DNA of 64,000 nt from a virus. The position numbers and the translations under genes were made by a program. Position 1 is the first letter of the stretch, and every line of letters begins with the position of its first letter. Shown piece after piece: positions 9,051-17,683 of this stretch. The notes beneath the pieces were generated by a model. That model was given only the letters and a program-made list of their open reading frames with translations, was not told where the DNA came from and did no database searches. The DNA lies in the IMG/VR virus record IMGVR_UViG_3300024346_009227, positions 1 through 64,000 of that record, one strand, 5' to 3'.

Positions 9051-9529
9051 AAAATTGCTCTGAAAATGGAAAAGATGGTTGGAAATGGGGGGATGAAGGA
9101 AAATGTTATTTTGGAAAAGATGGTAAAAAACAAGCCATAAGACAAGGAATTTCTATTGAAGGTCCAGAAAAATTTTCTAAAATAATGAAATCGCAATCAG
9201 ATGAAGATCTTTATTCACAACTTTCAAGTGATGAAAAAGTATTGGCTGATTTATTGTTATCTTTAGCAGATAAAGTTGGTCCAATTGATAAAAGCGATGG
9301 TATTTGGGTTGGTTATGAAAATGCGGACAACAATAAAGTAAAAGACATTGGAGTTAAATGCGGTAACTGTGCTTTGCATAAATCAGAAAATTCATGCAAG
9401 ATAATTAGCCAACCAATAGAACTTGATGGTGCTTGCAGATTTGCAGTAATTCCAGATGGGTATGTTAGTTCTGCTAAAGTAAAAAAACATATAGAAGAGT
9501 ACTTAAATGAAAATAATTCTAAACAATAA
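9041..9529 (+). CDS. Protein with HiPIP-like four-Cys domain
   Basis: CGNC-x8-C-x12-C with I-x-x-x-G-x-C ending, preceded by VGY. Confidence 0.55.
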   Translation: MPLKNCSENGKDGWKWGDEGKCYFGKDGKKQAIRQGISIEGPEKFSKIMKSQSDEDLYSQLSSDEKVLADLLLSLADKVGPIDKSDGIWVGYENADNNKVKDIGVKCGNCALHKSENSCKIISQPIELDGACRFAVIPDGYVSSAKVKKHIEEYLNENNSKQ

Positions 9530-10001
9530 CGAGTTGTTAAAAAAAAAGTGTTTGAATGTAGATTTAAAAACTGGATTTAAAGTTGCCAAAAGAATAGGCA
9601 TGTTTTTAAATGCACTAAAGAAAAAAACAAAGAATAAAATAGTTGGTTTAGCAGCAAATCAAGTTGGCGTAGATGCCTGTGTATGTATAGTTTTAAAAAA
9701 CAACAAGCCATTTGTTTTAATAAATCCAAAAATAATTTCTTTTTCTGATGTAAGAATTAGAAATAAAGAACAGTGTTTAAGTTATCCAGACATAGAATTA
9801 GATATATATAGACATATGTGGATTGAAGTTTCTTGCGATAATCATAAGGAAACAATTTTTTTTGGAAATATTTCTCTTGAAAGTGACACAACCAAAAATC
9901 TTGAAAGTGCTGTTGCTCAACATGAAATATGTCATTTAAATGGATTGACCTTTCATGATTTTCAATGGAACAATGCACCAACACCAGCGGAGTGGAATTA
10001 A
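9507..10001 (+). CDS. def: Peptide deformylase
   Basis: GLAANQVG, LINP, EQCLS, QHEICHLNG (HExxH). Confidence 0.9.
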   Translation: MKIILNNNELLKKKCLNVDLKTGFKVAKRIGMFLNALKKKTKNKIVGLAANQVGVDACVCIVLKNNKPFVLINPKIISFSDVRIRNKEQCLSYPDIELDIYRHMWIEVSCDNHKETIFFGNISLESDTTKNLESAVAQHEICHLNGLTFHDFQWNNAPTPAEWN

Positions 10002-10002
10002 C

Positions 10003-10272
10003 ATGCAAACTCATTACACAAAAAACAAGTTGATTGGAAACGAAAGATTTTCTAGCGAGCTAGATAGTTTGATATATCAAAATATACCTTCTGATTATTT
10101 AATACCAGAAGAAATGCTTCTCGAAAAAATATACAAAGATATTCTTAAAGAATTTTCTCATAATAAATATTCATCTAGAGAAATAAGTGACAGTTTAAAA
10201 AACATGATCCAAAAAAAACAAGTAAAAGAACTTTATGGAACAAAACTATCCAAATACATTTCTATACAGTAG
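10003..10272 (+). CDS. Hypothetical protein
   Basis: ORF following def; no clear motif. Confidence 0.55.
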   Translation: MQTHYTKNKLIGNERFSSELDSLIYQNIPSDYLIPEEMLLEKIYKDILKEFSHNKYSSREISDSLKNMIQKKQVKELYGTKLSKYISIQ

Positions 10273-10279
10273 AGGATTC

Positions 10280-10313
10280 AAAAACATAATTATAATAATA
10301 TTATGTTTTTTGA
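10280..10313 (+). terminator. AT-rich inverted repeat, possible terminator or operator
   Basis: aaaaacataat (10280-10290) pairs with attatgttttt (10300-10310), just after the TAG of the upstream ORF. Confidence 0.35.
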
Positions 10314-10393
10314 TAATGTATGCAATATTTAGCTATATACTTGTAGATTTAACGCACAACAACAGTTGTAAGTGCGTTGATACTATAGATTAA

Positions 10394-10408
10394 GGGGTAT
10401 TTAAGTAT
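10394..10408 (+). promoter_or_regulatory. Candidate phage promoter motif GGGGTATTTAAGTAT
   Basis: Variant of the recurrent motif about 30 nt upstream of ATG 10438. Confidence 0.35.
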
Positions 10409-10437
10409 GGGTTGATATTTCTCTTTGGAGATTTCCC

Positions 10438-10632
10438 ATGACAACTTATTTTGAGGTTTGGGGAGTGGTTCCAGGAGGAAAGAATAGGATTAAAATAGCT
10501 GAATATGAAGAAAAATACTGGCAAAGAGCAGAAAAAAAAGCTGCTTTTCTAGAAGAAAATGAGTATACAAAAATTGTAATTTATGAAAAAACAAGATCAA
10601 ATATTATTGATAGAGACAATCGTTTTCTGTAG
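10438..10632 (+). CDS. Hypothetical small protein
   Basis: 64-aa ORF with GGAG RBS. Confidence 0.6.
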   Translation: MTTYFEVWGVVPGGKNRIKIAEYEEKYWQRAEKKAAFLEENEYTKIVIYEKTRSNIIDRDNRFL

Positions 10633-10660
10633 TATGACTTAGGAACAAAAGGAGGAAAGA

Positions 10661-11731
10661 ATGAATATCAATTTATCTGCCCCAATCAATCAGCTTGGCT
10701 ATGGTGTTGTTGGAACAAATCTTCTTTTTGAACTTTCAAAAACGCACAATGTTTCTTTGTGGCCAATTGGTCCTATTGATTGCGAAGAAAAAGTAATTCC
10801 AATTGCTAAATCAAGTTTAAAAAATGCTGCATCATTTGATTATGATGCACCAAGCTTTAGACTTTGGCATCAATGGGATATGGGATTAAATGCTGGTCGT
10901 GGAAAAAAATACGGAATGACTTTTTTTGAAATGGACAACATAAAAGATAATGAAAAACACAACCTTAATTTTTTAGAAAAAATATTTGTGTGTTCTGATT
11001 GGGCCAAACAAATAATTGTTAAATCTGGAATAGATGAGTCTAAAGTAAAAGTAGTTAGACTTGGTGTTGATCAATCAATTTTCAAACAATGCGAACCAGA
11101 CAGCGTTAAAACAACCAGAATATTAAGTATAGGTAAATGGGAAATAAGAAAAGGGCACGATTTAATACTTGAAATATTAGAAAGAACATTTAGTGTTGAT
11201 GATGACTTTAAATTAATAATGTGTTGTTCTAATCCATTTCTTTCGCAAGAAGAACAAGATCAATGGATTTCATATTATGAAAATAGCAAGTTTTTTGACA
11301 AAATAGTTGTGTTAAAAAATAGATTAAAAACACAGAATGAGGTATATGACCTTATGAAAAAAAGCGATATAGGAATATTTCCTTATCGTGCAGAAGCTTG
11401 GAATTTAGAATTAGCAGAAATGCTATCCATAGGCAAAAACTGTATAGCCACAAACTACTCAGGACCAACTGAATATGGCATTGAATCTGGTTGTTATTTA
11501 ATTAATCCAGATGGAATGGAACCAGCTAATGATTCAAAATGGTTTGATGGAAGTGCTTCTTGGGCAAAACTCGAAGAAAACTACATAAATAATTTTTCTA
11601 ATCAATTAAAAGAATTGCATATTAAAAAACAAAATGATAATTTAAAAACAAATATTTCTGGAATAGAATTTTTTAAACAAAATACATGGGAAAGTTCTTG
11701 CGAAACAATAATTCGAGAAATATTACAATGA
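10661..11731 (+). CDS. Glycosyltransferase family 4 (GT-B)
   Basis: GYG, LGVD, GKWEIRKG, EAWNLELAE; AGGAGG RBS. Confidence 0.88.
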   Translation: MNINLSAPINQLGYGVVGTNLLFELSKTHNVSLWPIGPIDCEEKVIPIAKSSLKNAASFDYDAPSFRLWHQWDMGLNAGRGKKYGMTFFEMDNIKDNEKHNLNFLEKIFVCSDWAKQIIVKSGIDESKVKVVRLGVDQSIFKQCEPDSVKTTRILSIGKWEIRKGHDLILEILERTFSVDDDFKLIMCCSNPFLSQEEQDQWISYYENSKFFDKIVVLKNRLKTQNEVYDLMKKSDIGIFPYRAEAWNLELAEMLSIGKNCIATNYSGPTEYGIESGCYLINPDGMEPANDSKWFDGSASWAKLEENYINNFSNQLKELHIKKQNDNLKTNISGIEFFKQNTWESSCETIIREILQ

Positions 11732-12120
11732 AAATAAAAGTATCGTTTCTTATATGTGCAAGAGAAATAAATAAAGAACCAGTCATTGCAATACAAAAAA
11801 TTAAAACAAATAATGAATTGCCAACATTTAATTTTGATAGAGAAGATTCAAATATAGATTTGTTTGTTAAAGATAAATTTAAAGAGTTAACTTCTTTTGA
11901 TGCAAAATTTAAAGATATTGAAGGATGGGTAAATTTATTTATTTGTGGAACAATGGTTGATTTAGATTCATCAACTATAGTTTACGCTTGTTATTTACAA
12001 GAATCATTTGAAAAAGAAAGCATTGAATGGAAAAGTATTTCTTCTGTCTTAGAAAACAAAATATTTGAAGATAAGTACACTCAAGAAGTTATATGTTGCT
12101 TTAACTATTTTTCGAGATAA
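11728..12120 (+). CDS. Hypothetical protein
   Basis: ATGA-coupled ORF; no clear motif. Confidence 0.6.
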   Translation: MKIKVSFLICAREINKEPVIAIQKIKTNNELPTFNFDREDSNIDLFVKDKFKELTSFDAKFKDIEGWVNLFICGTMVDLDSSTIVYACYLQESFEKESIEWKSISSVLENKIFEDKYTQEVICCFNYFSR

Positions 12121-12121
12121 C

Positions 12122-12433
12122 ATGATAAACGCAAAAATATATTTTGAATTAATTGACAATGAAATAAATTCAATAGTTCAAATTCCAGAAGATCTTACAT
12201 CTGAAGAGCAAATGATATTTGCAGATAGGTTTTCAAATTTGATTGGGATGATACAGAGTGGAAGCTTGTTTCCATCTATATTTCAATCAGTTGTTGAAGC
12301 TGGAATGTTGACAGAACAAAAAGCATTGTCTGAATTAATCATAAAAAAAATACTTGAAAGTTTTTCTGTTGATTCTGAAAAAACCCCCCTCGTTTCGCCT
12401 AGTGAAGCTTTTCTATTTAGGGAAATAAAATGA
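12122..12433 (+). CDS. Hypothetical protein
   Basis: Tightly packed ORF ending PLVSPSEAF. Confidence 0.6.
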   Translation: MINAKIYFELIDNEINSIVQIPEDLTSEEQMIFADRFSNLIGMIQSGSLFPSIFQSVVEAGMLTEQKALSELIIKKILESFSVDSEKTPLVSPSEAFLFREIK

Positions 12434-13245
12434 TTGAGTGCAGAATAATTGCTGACTCTATAAGTGAATCAAAAAAAAGAATAACTACTTTTGTTTGTAC
12501 TTTTCCAAGATTTATACTTGCTGAGTTTAATACCCATAGAGTTTTTTCTAGAAATGCTGCTAGTTCTAGGGCTATACCATCTAAAAAGTTTATTGATCAA
12601 ATAAATAATCATCCAGCAATGCCACTTCATTGGGGCAAAGAACAATCTGGAATGCAAGCTTGGTCTGAGCTTTCTCCTTCAGACATTCCTGTTGCCCAAG
12701 AGATTTGGCTTCAAGCTAGAGATAAAATGATACATTGTGCAAAAGAAATGATGTCTATAGGCGTTCATAAGCAAATAGTTAATAGGCTTCTTGAGCCTTG
12801 GTTTAATGTTACTGTAATTCTTACGGCTACAGAGTTTAACAACTTTTTTAAATTAAGATGTCATAAAGATGCACAACCAGAAATACAAGAACTTGCATTA
12901 AAAATAAAAGATTGTTTAAAAGAATCAACTCCAAAAGCTATAAATTTTGGCGATTGGCATATACCATTTGGTGATAGGTTTATTGATGAAAAACTTTCTA
13001 TTCAAGAAAAACTTAAAATTTGCGTGGCACGATGTGCTAGGGTTAGCTATTTAAATTTTGATGGGGTAATAGATCACCAAAAAGATTATGATCTTCATGA
13101 TGTTCTTGCAAAAGAAGGCCATTGGAGTCCATTTGAGCACTGTGCTTCTCCATCTGTAAATCCTTGGGAATATTCTGGAAATTTTATGGGTTGGCATCAG
13201 TATAGGAAGTCATTTGAAAATGAACAAAAAAATATCATGGCTTAA
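12430..13245 (+). CDS. thyX: FAD-dependent thymidylate synthase
   Basis: EFNTHRVFSRNAASSRA, HKQIVNRLLEP, NFFKLR, AQPEI, ARCARVSY, HWSPFEH. Confidence 0.9.
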   Translation: MIECRIIADSISESKKRITTFVCTFPRFILAEFNTHRVFSRNAASSRAIPSKKFIDQINNHPAMPLHWGKEQSGMQAWSELSPSDIPVAQEIWLQARDKMIHCAKEMMSIGVHKQIVNRLLEPWFNVTVILTATEFNNFFKLRCHKDAQPEIQELALKIKDCLKESTPKAINFGDWHIPFGDRFIDEKLSIQEKLKICVARCARVSYLNFDGVIDHQKDYDLHDVLAKEGHWSPFEHCASPSVNPWEYSGNFMGWHQYRKSFENEQKNIMA

Positions 13246-13810
13246 ATGGGAAGATCCATTTTTCCCAAAACAAGATCCATACTCTGTTGATGATAATGAA
13301 ATACAATCACAGAAAGATAGTTTTTTTGATAAAGATAAGGATGAAGAGCCAGATAGACATATGAGAGTTATTCTTGGGCCTTATGGTACAATACCAATAA
13401 ACGAAAACGCAATAACTAGTAAGCTTTATAAAATGTGGGTTGGTCATTGTAATTTTGATATAACCAGAAACATTATGAGAACAATCGAGGAAGTTGAAGG
13501 AGTAGAAATACTTAGGGTATGGACAAGATATAGATTCTGGATAGGTTTTGGCAATCTTTTTGATGATATTGAAATTCAAAAAAATATAGAAGAAGCAATA
13601 AGTCCAACCAAGAAAAAACCTAAAAATGTTTCTATCAATGCACTTTCTAAAGTTTTAAATAAAAAATACAAAAATTGGATTATATATTCTTTAAAAAACG
13701 GAGAAATAAAAACATTTGGCAGCGAGCAGCTTGACGATGTTTTAAATATTGAAATTCAAAATAAAGACTCTATAACACTTGCTTCTAGTTGGAGCAGTGA
13801 CTACAATTGA
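13220..13810 (+). CDS. Hypothetical phage protein
   Basis: WVGHCNFDIT, GVEIL, TRYRF-x-IG pattern; function not assignable. Confidence 0.65.
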   Translation: MNKKISWLKWEDPFFPKQDPYSVDDNEIQSQKDSFFDKDKDEEPDRHMRVILGPYGTIPINENAITSKLYKMWVGHCNFDITRNIMRTIEEVEGVEILRVWTRYRFWIGFGNLFDDIEIQKNIEEAISPTKKKPKNVSINALSKVLNKKYKNWIIYSLKNGEIKTFGSEQLDDVLNIEIQNKDSITLASSWSSDYN

Positions 13811-13849
13811 ACAATCGGACCTTTTTACTTTTTTAAACAGGAGATTATT

Positions 13850-14107
13850 ATGAGTGATGTTAAAACTGCAATTAGTCCAGAACAAGTTCAAAAAACAATG
13901 TCTATTGTTATTTCAACTTTGAAGTTTGTTTCGACAATTATCCCAGGCGAAGCAGACGATAAAATTGTTAGTGTTATTTCCACATTGGCACAAGAACCTT
14001 GGGTTATTCCAGCGATTACCTTTCTACTCAACAAGTTTGATAGCACAAAACCAATTAGTTCTGAAGATTTCTTACTAGCTATAAAAGTAGCAAAAAATGA
14101 GGCTTAA
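13850..14107 (+). CDS. Small hydrophobic protein
   Basis: AGGAG RBS; amphipathic/hydrophobic helices, IIPGEADD. Confidence 0.65.
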   Translation: MSDVKTAISPEQVQKTMSIVISTLKFVSTIIPGEADDKIVSVISTLAQEPWVIPAITFLLNKFDSTKPISSEDFLLAIKVAKNEA

Positions 14108-14109
14108 TC

Positions 14110-14889
14110 ATGTTTAAAAAAACTTTGTTTTTTTTGTTGGTATTTTGCAATTTTACATTTGCAGAAAACTTTATTGTTCCAGAACAAAAAATTGTTGGAG
14201 CAGAAGTTCCTATTCCACTAGGTGAGCTTGTAGATTTATCTATAAGTCCAATTCAGTCTTCACCAAAGTTTTTAATTTCAACTACATATTCGTGGAAAGT
14301 TTTTGATGGGTATGCAGAAAAAAGAATTCGTAATTATGAAAATGGCGTTTTCTTTGGTTCTGGTATACAAGCAAAAAAACTTAAGGTTATTGTTGCAATA
14401 ACTCACTTGTATGTAGTTAAAGATAATGAAAAACTTTTAGAAGCAGCTACTAAAACTAACTTTATTTCAACAGATGTTTTTATTGGAGAGCCAGAACCTG
14501 ATACTCCACCAGAACCAGAAATTGAACCAGAATTTGGAGAATCAAAGTATGAACTTTCTAAATTTGTTTATGATGGCGTTAAAAATATTAAGTTATCAAA
14601 AACAGATAAAATAAAACAATCTACTGCTATTGCAGCATCTTTTGAAAGTATTGCTTCTGCTATTGCTGCTGGAGCTATAACAACACTTGAAGACATATTA
14701 AAGAAAACAGCCGAATCAAATAAGTTTGCACTAACTAAATCTGGTGGAGATAGAGCAAAATGGGAACCTTTATTTACAGAAATACAAGAAAAACTTTTTG
14801 ATCTATATAAAACTAGCAAGATGCAAACCAAAGAAGATTTTGCTGGTGCGTGGAGAGAAATATCTTCTGGACTCAAACTAGTAAAATAG
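14110..14889 (+). CDS. Secreted protein (signal peptide, beta domain, PEP linker, helical domain)
   Basis: MFKKTLFFLLVFCNFTFA signal-like N-terminus; EPEPDTPPEPEIEP linker. Confidence 0.7.
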   Translation: MFKKTLFFLLVFCNFTFAENFIVPEQKIVGAEVPIPLGELVDLSISPIQSSPKFLISTTYSWKVFDGYAEKRIRNYENGVFFGSGIQAKKLKVIVAITHLYVVKDNEKLLEAATKTNFISTDVFIGEPEPDTPPEPEIEPEFGESKYELSKFVYDGVKNIKLSKTDKIKQSTAIAASFESIASAIAAGAITTLEDILKKTAESNKFALTKSGGDRAKWEPLFTEIQEKLFDLYKTSKMQTKEDFAGAWREISSGLKLVK

Positions 14890-14896
14890 GTGAAAC

Positions 14897-15820
14897 ATGT
14901 CTGAATTATCAAAGGTTAATGGTTGGGCAGGAAAAGATAATCCTTCGCTTGTTGAAAGTGAATTCAATTTAATTAAAAATGATGGATCTTTTAGAGACTT
15001 TAATGTTTATGGTAAAAGCCAAGACACTAAAGGTAAAAAAATGATGTTGTATGAAGTTGTTCGCAAAGTTCTCGGTAAAGATACAGATAGTTACCCTCAA
15101 GAAATTGGTGACTGCGTAAGTTTTGGTGCTAAAAATGCAATTGAATATTTGATGGCTACTGAAAAACTTATGAAGGGCGATCACGAAAAATTTGAACCTA
15201 TATTTCCTCCGTATCTTTATGGCACAGGAAGAGTTTTAGTTGGTCGTGGACAGCTTAATGGTCAAGACGGATCTCTAGGGAGTTGGATGGCAGATGCTGT
15301 TATTAAATATGGCGTTCTTCGTAGTAATTTTGACGGTCTTCCTAAGTATGCTGGAAGCGTAGCTAAAAAATGGGGTGACACACCAGGACCAGATAAAAAG
15401 TTTATAGAGGAAGGTGCTAAACACCCAGTAAAATCTGCTGCTCAAATTAAAACTTGGGATCAATTAGTAGAGGCTATTGTGAATGGTTATCCTTGTACAA
15501 CTGCTAGTAATGTTGGCTACACGATGACACCAGCAAACGATGGTTTTCATCGCCAAACAGATAATTGGGGTCACCAGATGTGCTTCATAGGTGTTGATGA
15601 TAGAGCAGATGATCCATATGCTATTATCGTTAACAGTTGGGGCGATATTCATGGGGAGCTTAAAGATTTTAATACTGGCCAATCCCTGCCTCTTGCTACT
15701 CTTAGAGTTAGAAAGAAAGATGCTGAAAAACATCTTAGGGCTGGTGAAACTTTTGCATACAGCAATTTTGATGGGTTTAAAGAACAGTTAATAGATAAAA
15801 AGTTATTTATGCTTATATAG
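14897..15820 (+). CDS. Papain-like (C1) cysteine peptidase
   Basis: Q-x-x-GDCVSF (Cys), WGHQM (His), NSWG (Asn). Confidence 0.85.
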   Translation: MSELSKVNGWAGKDNPSLVESEFNLIKNDGSFRDFNVYGKSQDTKGKKMMLYEVVRKVLGKDTDSYPQEIGDCVSFGAKNAIEYLMATEKLMKGDHEKFEPIFPPYLYGTGRVLVGRGQLNGQDGSLGSWMADAVIKYGVLRSNFDGLPKYAGSVAKKWGDTPGPDKKFIEEGAKHPVKSAAQIKTWDQLVEAIVNGYPCTTASNVGYTMTPANDGFHRQTDNWGHQMCFIGVDDRADDPYAIIVNSWGDIHGELKDFNTGQSLPLATLRVRKKDAEKHLRAGETFAYSNFDGFKEQLIDKKLFMLI

Positions 15821-15829
15821 GATTTAAAA

Positions 15830-16300
15830 ATGTCTAAAAAAAAAGATGATAAACATTTAAAACAACAAATAGATTACAATGAATTTTTAAATTCAATTAA
15901 AGATTTAATCTTAAGCACTAACGCTTATAAAAATCAAAAATTAAAACAATTTTCTACAGCAAAAGAATCTTATGATGCCCCACAATCAGCAAGAAATAAT
16001 GCAAAAAAAGTCTTAGCTTGGAAAGAAAAGTATGGAAAAGAATGTAAAGGAATGACTGCTGTAGGTTGGGCAAGAGCAAGAGACTTGGCTGGAAATGCTA
16101 TGTTGTCTGCCGATACAGTAAAAAGAATGGCTCAATTCAATAGACATGGATCTAATTACGAAAAAGCAAAATCTAAACCAGAGTATAAAACTAAGCCTTG
16201 GACTATTCCAGCAGTAGTTGCATGGTTAGGATGGGGTGGAACATCTGGTATTGAATGGGCAATTAGAACAAGTCAATCCATTATAAAAAAGAAAAAATAA
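15830..16300 (+). CDS. Conserved-looking phage protein of unknown function
   Basis: GMTAVGWARARDLA, TVKRMAQFNRH, AWLGWGG pattern. Confidence 0.7.
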   Translation: MSKKKDDKHLKQQIDYNEFLNSIKDLILSTNAYKNQKLKQFSTAKESYDAPQSARNNAKKVLAWKEKYGKECKGMTAVGWARARDLAGNAMLSADTVKRMAQFNRHGSNYEKAKSKPEYKTKPWTIPAVVAWLGWGGTSGIEWAIRTSQSIIKKKK

Positions 16301-16303
16301 ATC

Positions 16304-16462
16304 ATGTTAAACATAATTCTTTTTTTGTTATTTAATCAAAATATATCTAAAGATCAATTCGCATTAATAGAAAAAGATTCTATTTCATTTTACAAATTAA
16401 TAAATGAAGTTAAGAAAAATACAAAACAAGAAGAGTGTTTTACTTGACGGAGAAAAAAATAA
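16304..16462 (+). CDS. Unannotated microprotein with in-frame TGA in a C-x-x-U context (47 aa, or 52 aa with readthrough)
   Basis: MLNIILFLLF...EECFT-TGA(16445)-RRKK-TAA(16460-16462); the TAA overlaps the next ATG. Confidence 0.55.
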
Positions 16463-16809
16463 TGCGGTCGCATAAAAAAATACAACAAATATTAGAAAAA
16501 TCAGAAACACTTAAAAAGTATGATGCTATTGGTATTATAACAATAATTATGATTGTTAGTCTTATATTTGAAGGTATAAAAATAATACAATATTGCAAAT
16601 CATCTAAAGTAACAGCCTTAATAATTAAGCGTGGTGGTCCTTTAGTTAGAATGTTTATTAGAAAAAATATTTACAACAAAATAATAAAAGCAAATGTTCC
16701 AGAAAATGATGCTAAAATAATATCTAACACAATAGTAGAAATGCTTCAATCTCTTTCTGTTGAAGAAATAGCTTCTATCTTGGAGTTAGCTTTTAATGAA
16801 AATAGTTAG
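16462..16809 (+). CDS. Membrane protein
   Basis: Start MRSHKK; hydrophobic segment AIGIITIIMIVSLIF. Confidence 0.7.
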   Translation: MRSHKKIQQILEKSETLKKYDAIGIITIIMIVSLIFEGIKIIQYCKSSKVTALIIKRGGPLVRMFIRKNIYNKIIKANVPENDAKIISNTIVEMLQSLSVEEIASILELAFNENS

Positions 16810-17665
16810 TGCAAGATATGGACCAAAAGATGTAACAGAAAAAGTAGTTCCTTATTTTAATGGCGAAAAAATCAGCATTTTTGTTTCTAATGATACATTT
16901 GGAGATACAAATCCAGGATATTTAAAAAAATTAATTATTGAATTTGATAACGGAGAAAAAGCAGAATCATATGAAAATCATTATTTAGTATATCCAAAAT
17001 TTTTTAAAGAAAAATTAGGTATATTTTACACAAATAATAATAACAAATTAATATATAATGCAATAGATTATTCTATGCAAACAATAAGAGATTCATCTTA
17101 TGGATTAGCAGATATTGTAACATGTGTTTGGAACAAAATACCAAACAACCCTTTCGTAGAAATATTTGCACAAACAAAAACATCTAGTCATTTAAATCAA
17201 GTTTTGCAAATCCTACAAGCATTATATTTTTCAAGAATGCAAAATAAAAATTACAAGTATGTTAGTTTTTTAGAACATGATTGTTTATATCCAGATGGAT
17301 ATTTTGACTACAATGATTTTTCTGGTAATTGTATATGTAACATGAATTATATTGGATTATCTAAAGATGGATGGCAACATAAAATTAGAAATGATAAGCC
17401 TTTATCTCAAATTACTATGAAGTTTGATTATGCAATTAAACATTTTGAATCAATTTTGCCAAACGCTTTAATTGCAAATTCTGGTATAGCAGAACCACCA
17501 CACGACAATAACAATATTGAAGAATGGAACTGCATTAATCCTTCAGTTCATGTTAATCATGGTTATCACTTCACATCACATTACAGCATATACAGTAAAG
17601 AAAAAACTTCATTAAATTACTATTGGGAAAATTATGAATTATATTCTAGTCTTTTTGTAAATTAA
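16796..17665 (+). CDS. Lectin-like N-terminal domain fused to a GT-A-like domain
   Basis: IVSARYG-x-x-DVT, FGDTNPGYLKKL; C-terminal FLEHDCLYP and NHGYHFT. Confidence 0.6.
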   Translation: MKIVSARYGPKDVTEKVVPYFNGEKISIFVSNDTFGDTNPGYLKKLIIEFDNGEKAESYENHYLVYPKFFKEKLGIFYTNNNNKLIYNAIDYSMQTIRDSSYGLADIVTCVWNKIPNNPFVEIFAQTKTSSHLNQVLQILQALYFSRMQNKNYKYVSFLEHDCLYPDGYFDYNDFSGNCICNMNYIGLSKDGWQHKIRNDKPLSQITMKFDYAIKHFESILPNALIANSGIAEPPHDNNNIEEWNCINPSVHVNHGYHFTSHYSIYSKEKTSLNYYWENYELYSSLFVN

Positions 17666-17683
17666 TAACAATTAGGTTTTATT

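Noticed and set aside
13808-13852. TGA in frame with the next gene, possible readthrough fusion
   Set aside because: The downstream gene has its own AGGAG RBS, there is no Cys context or hairpin, and same-frame spacing is a one-in-three chance.
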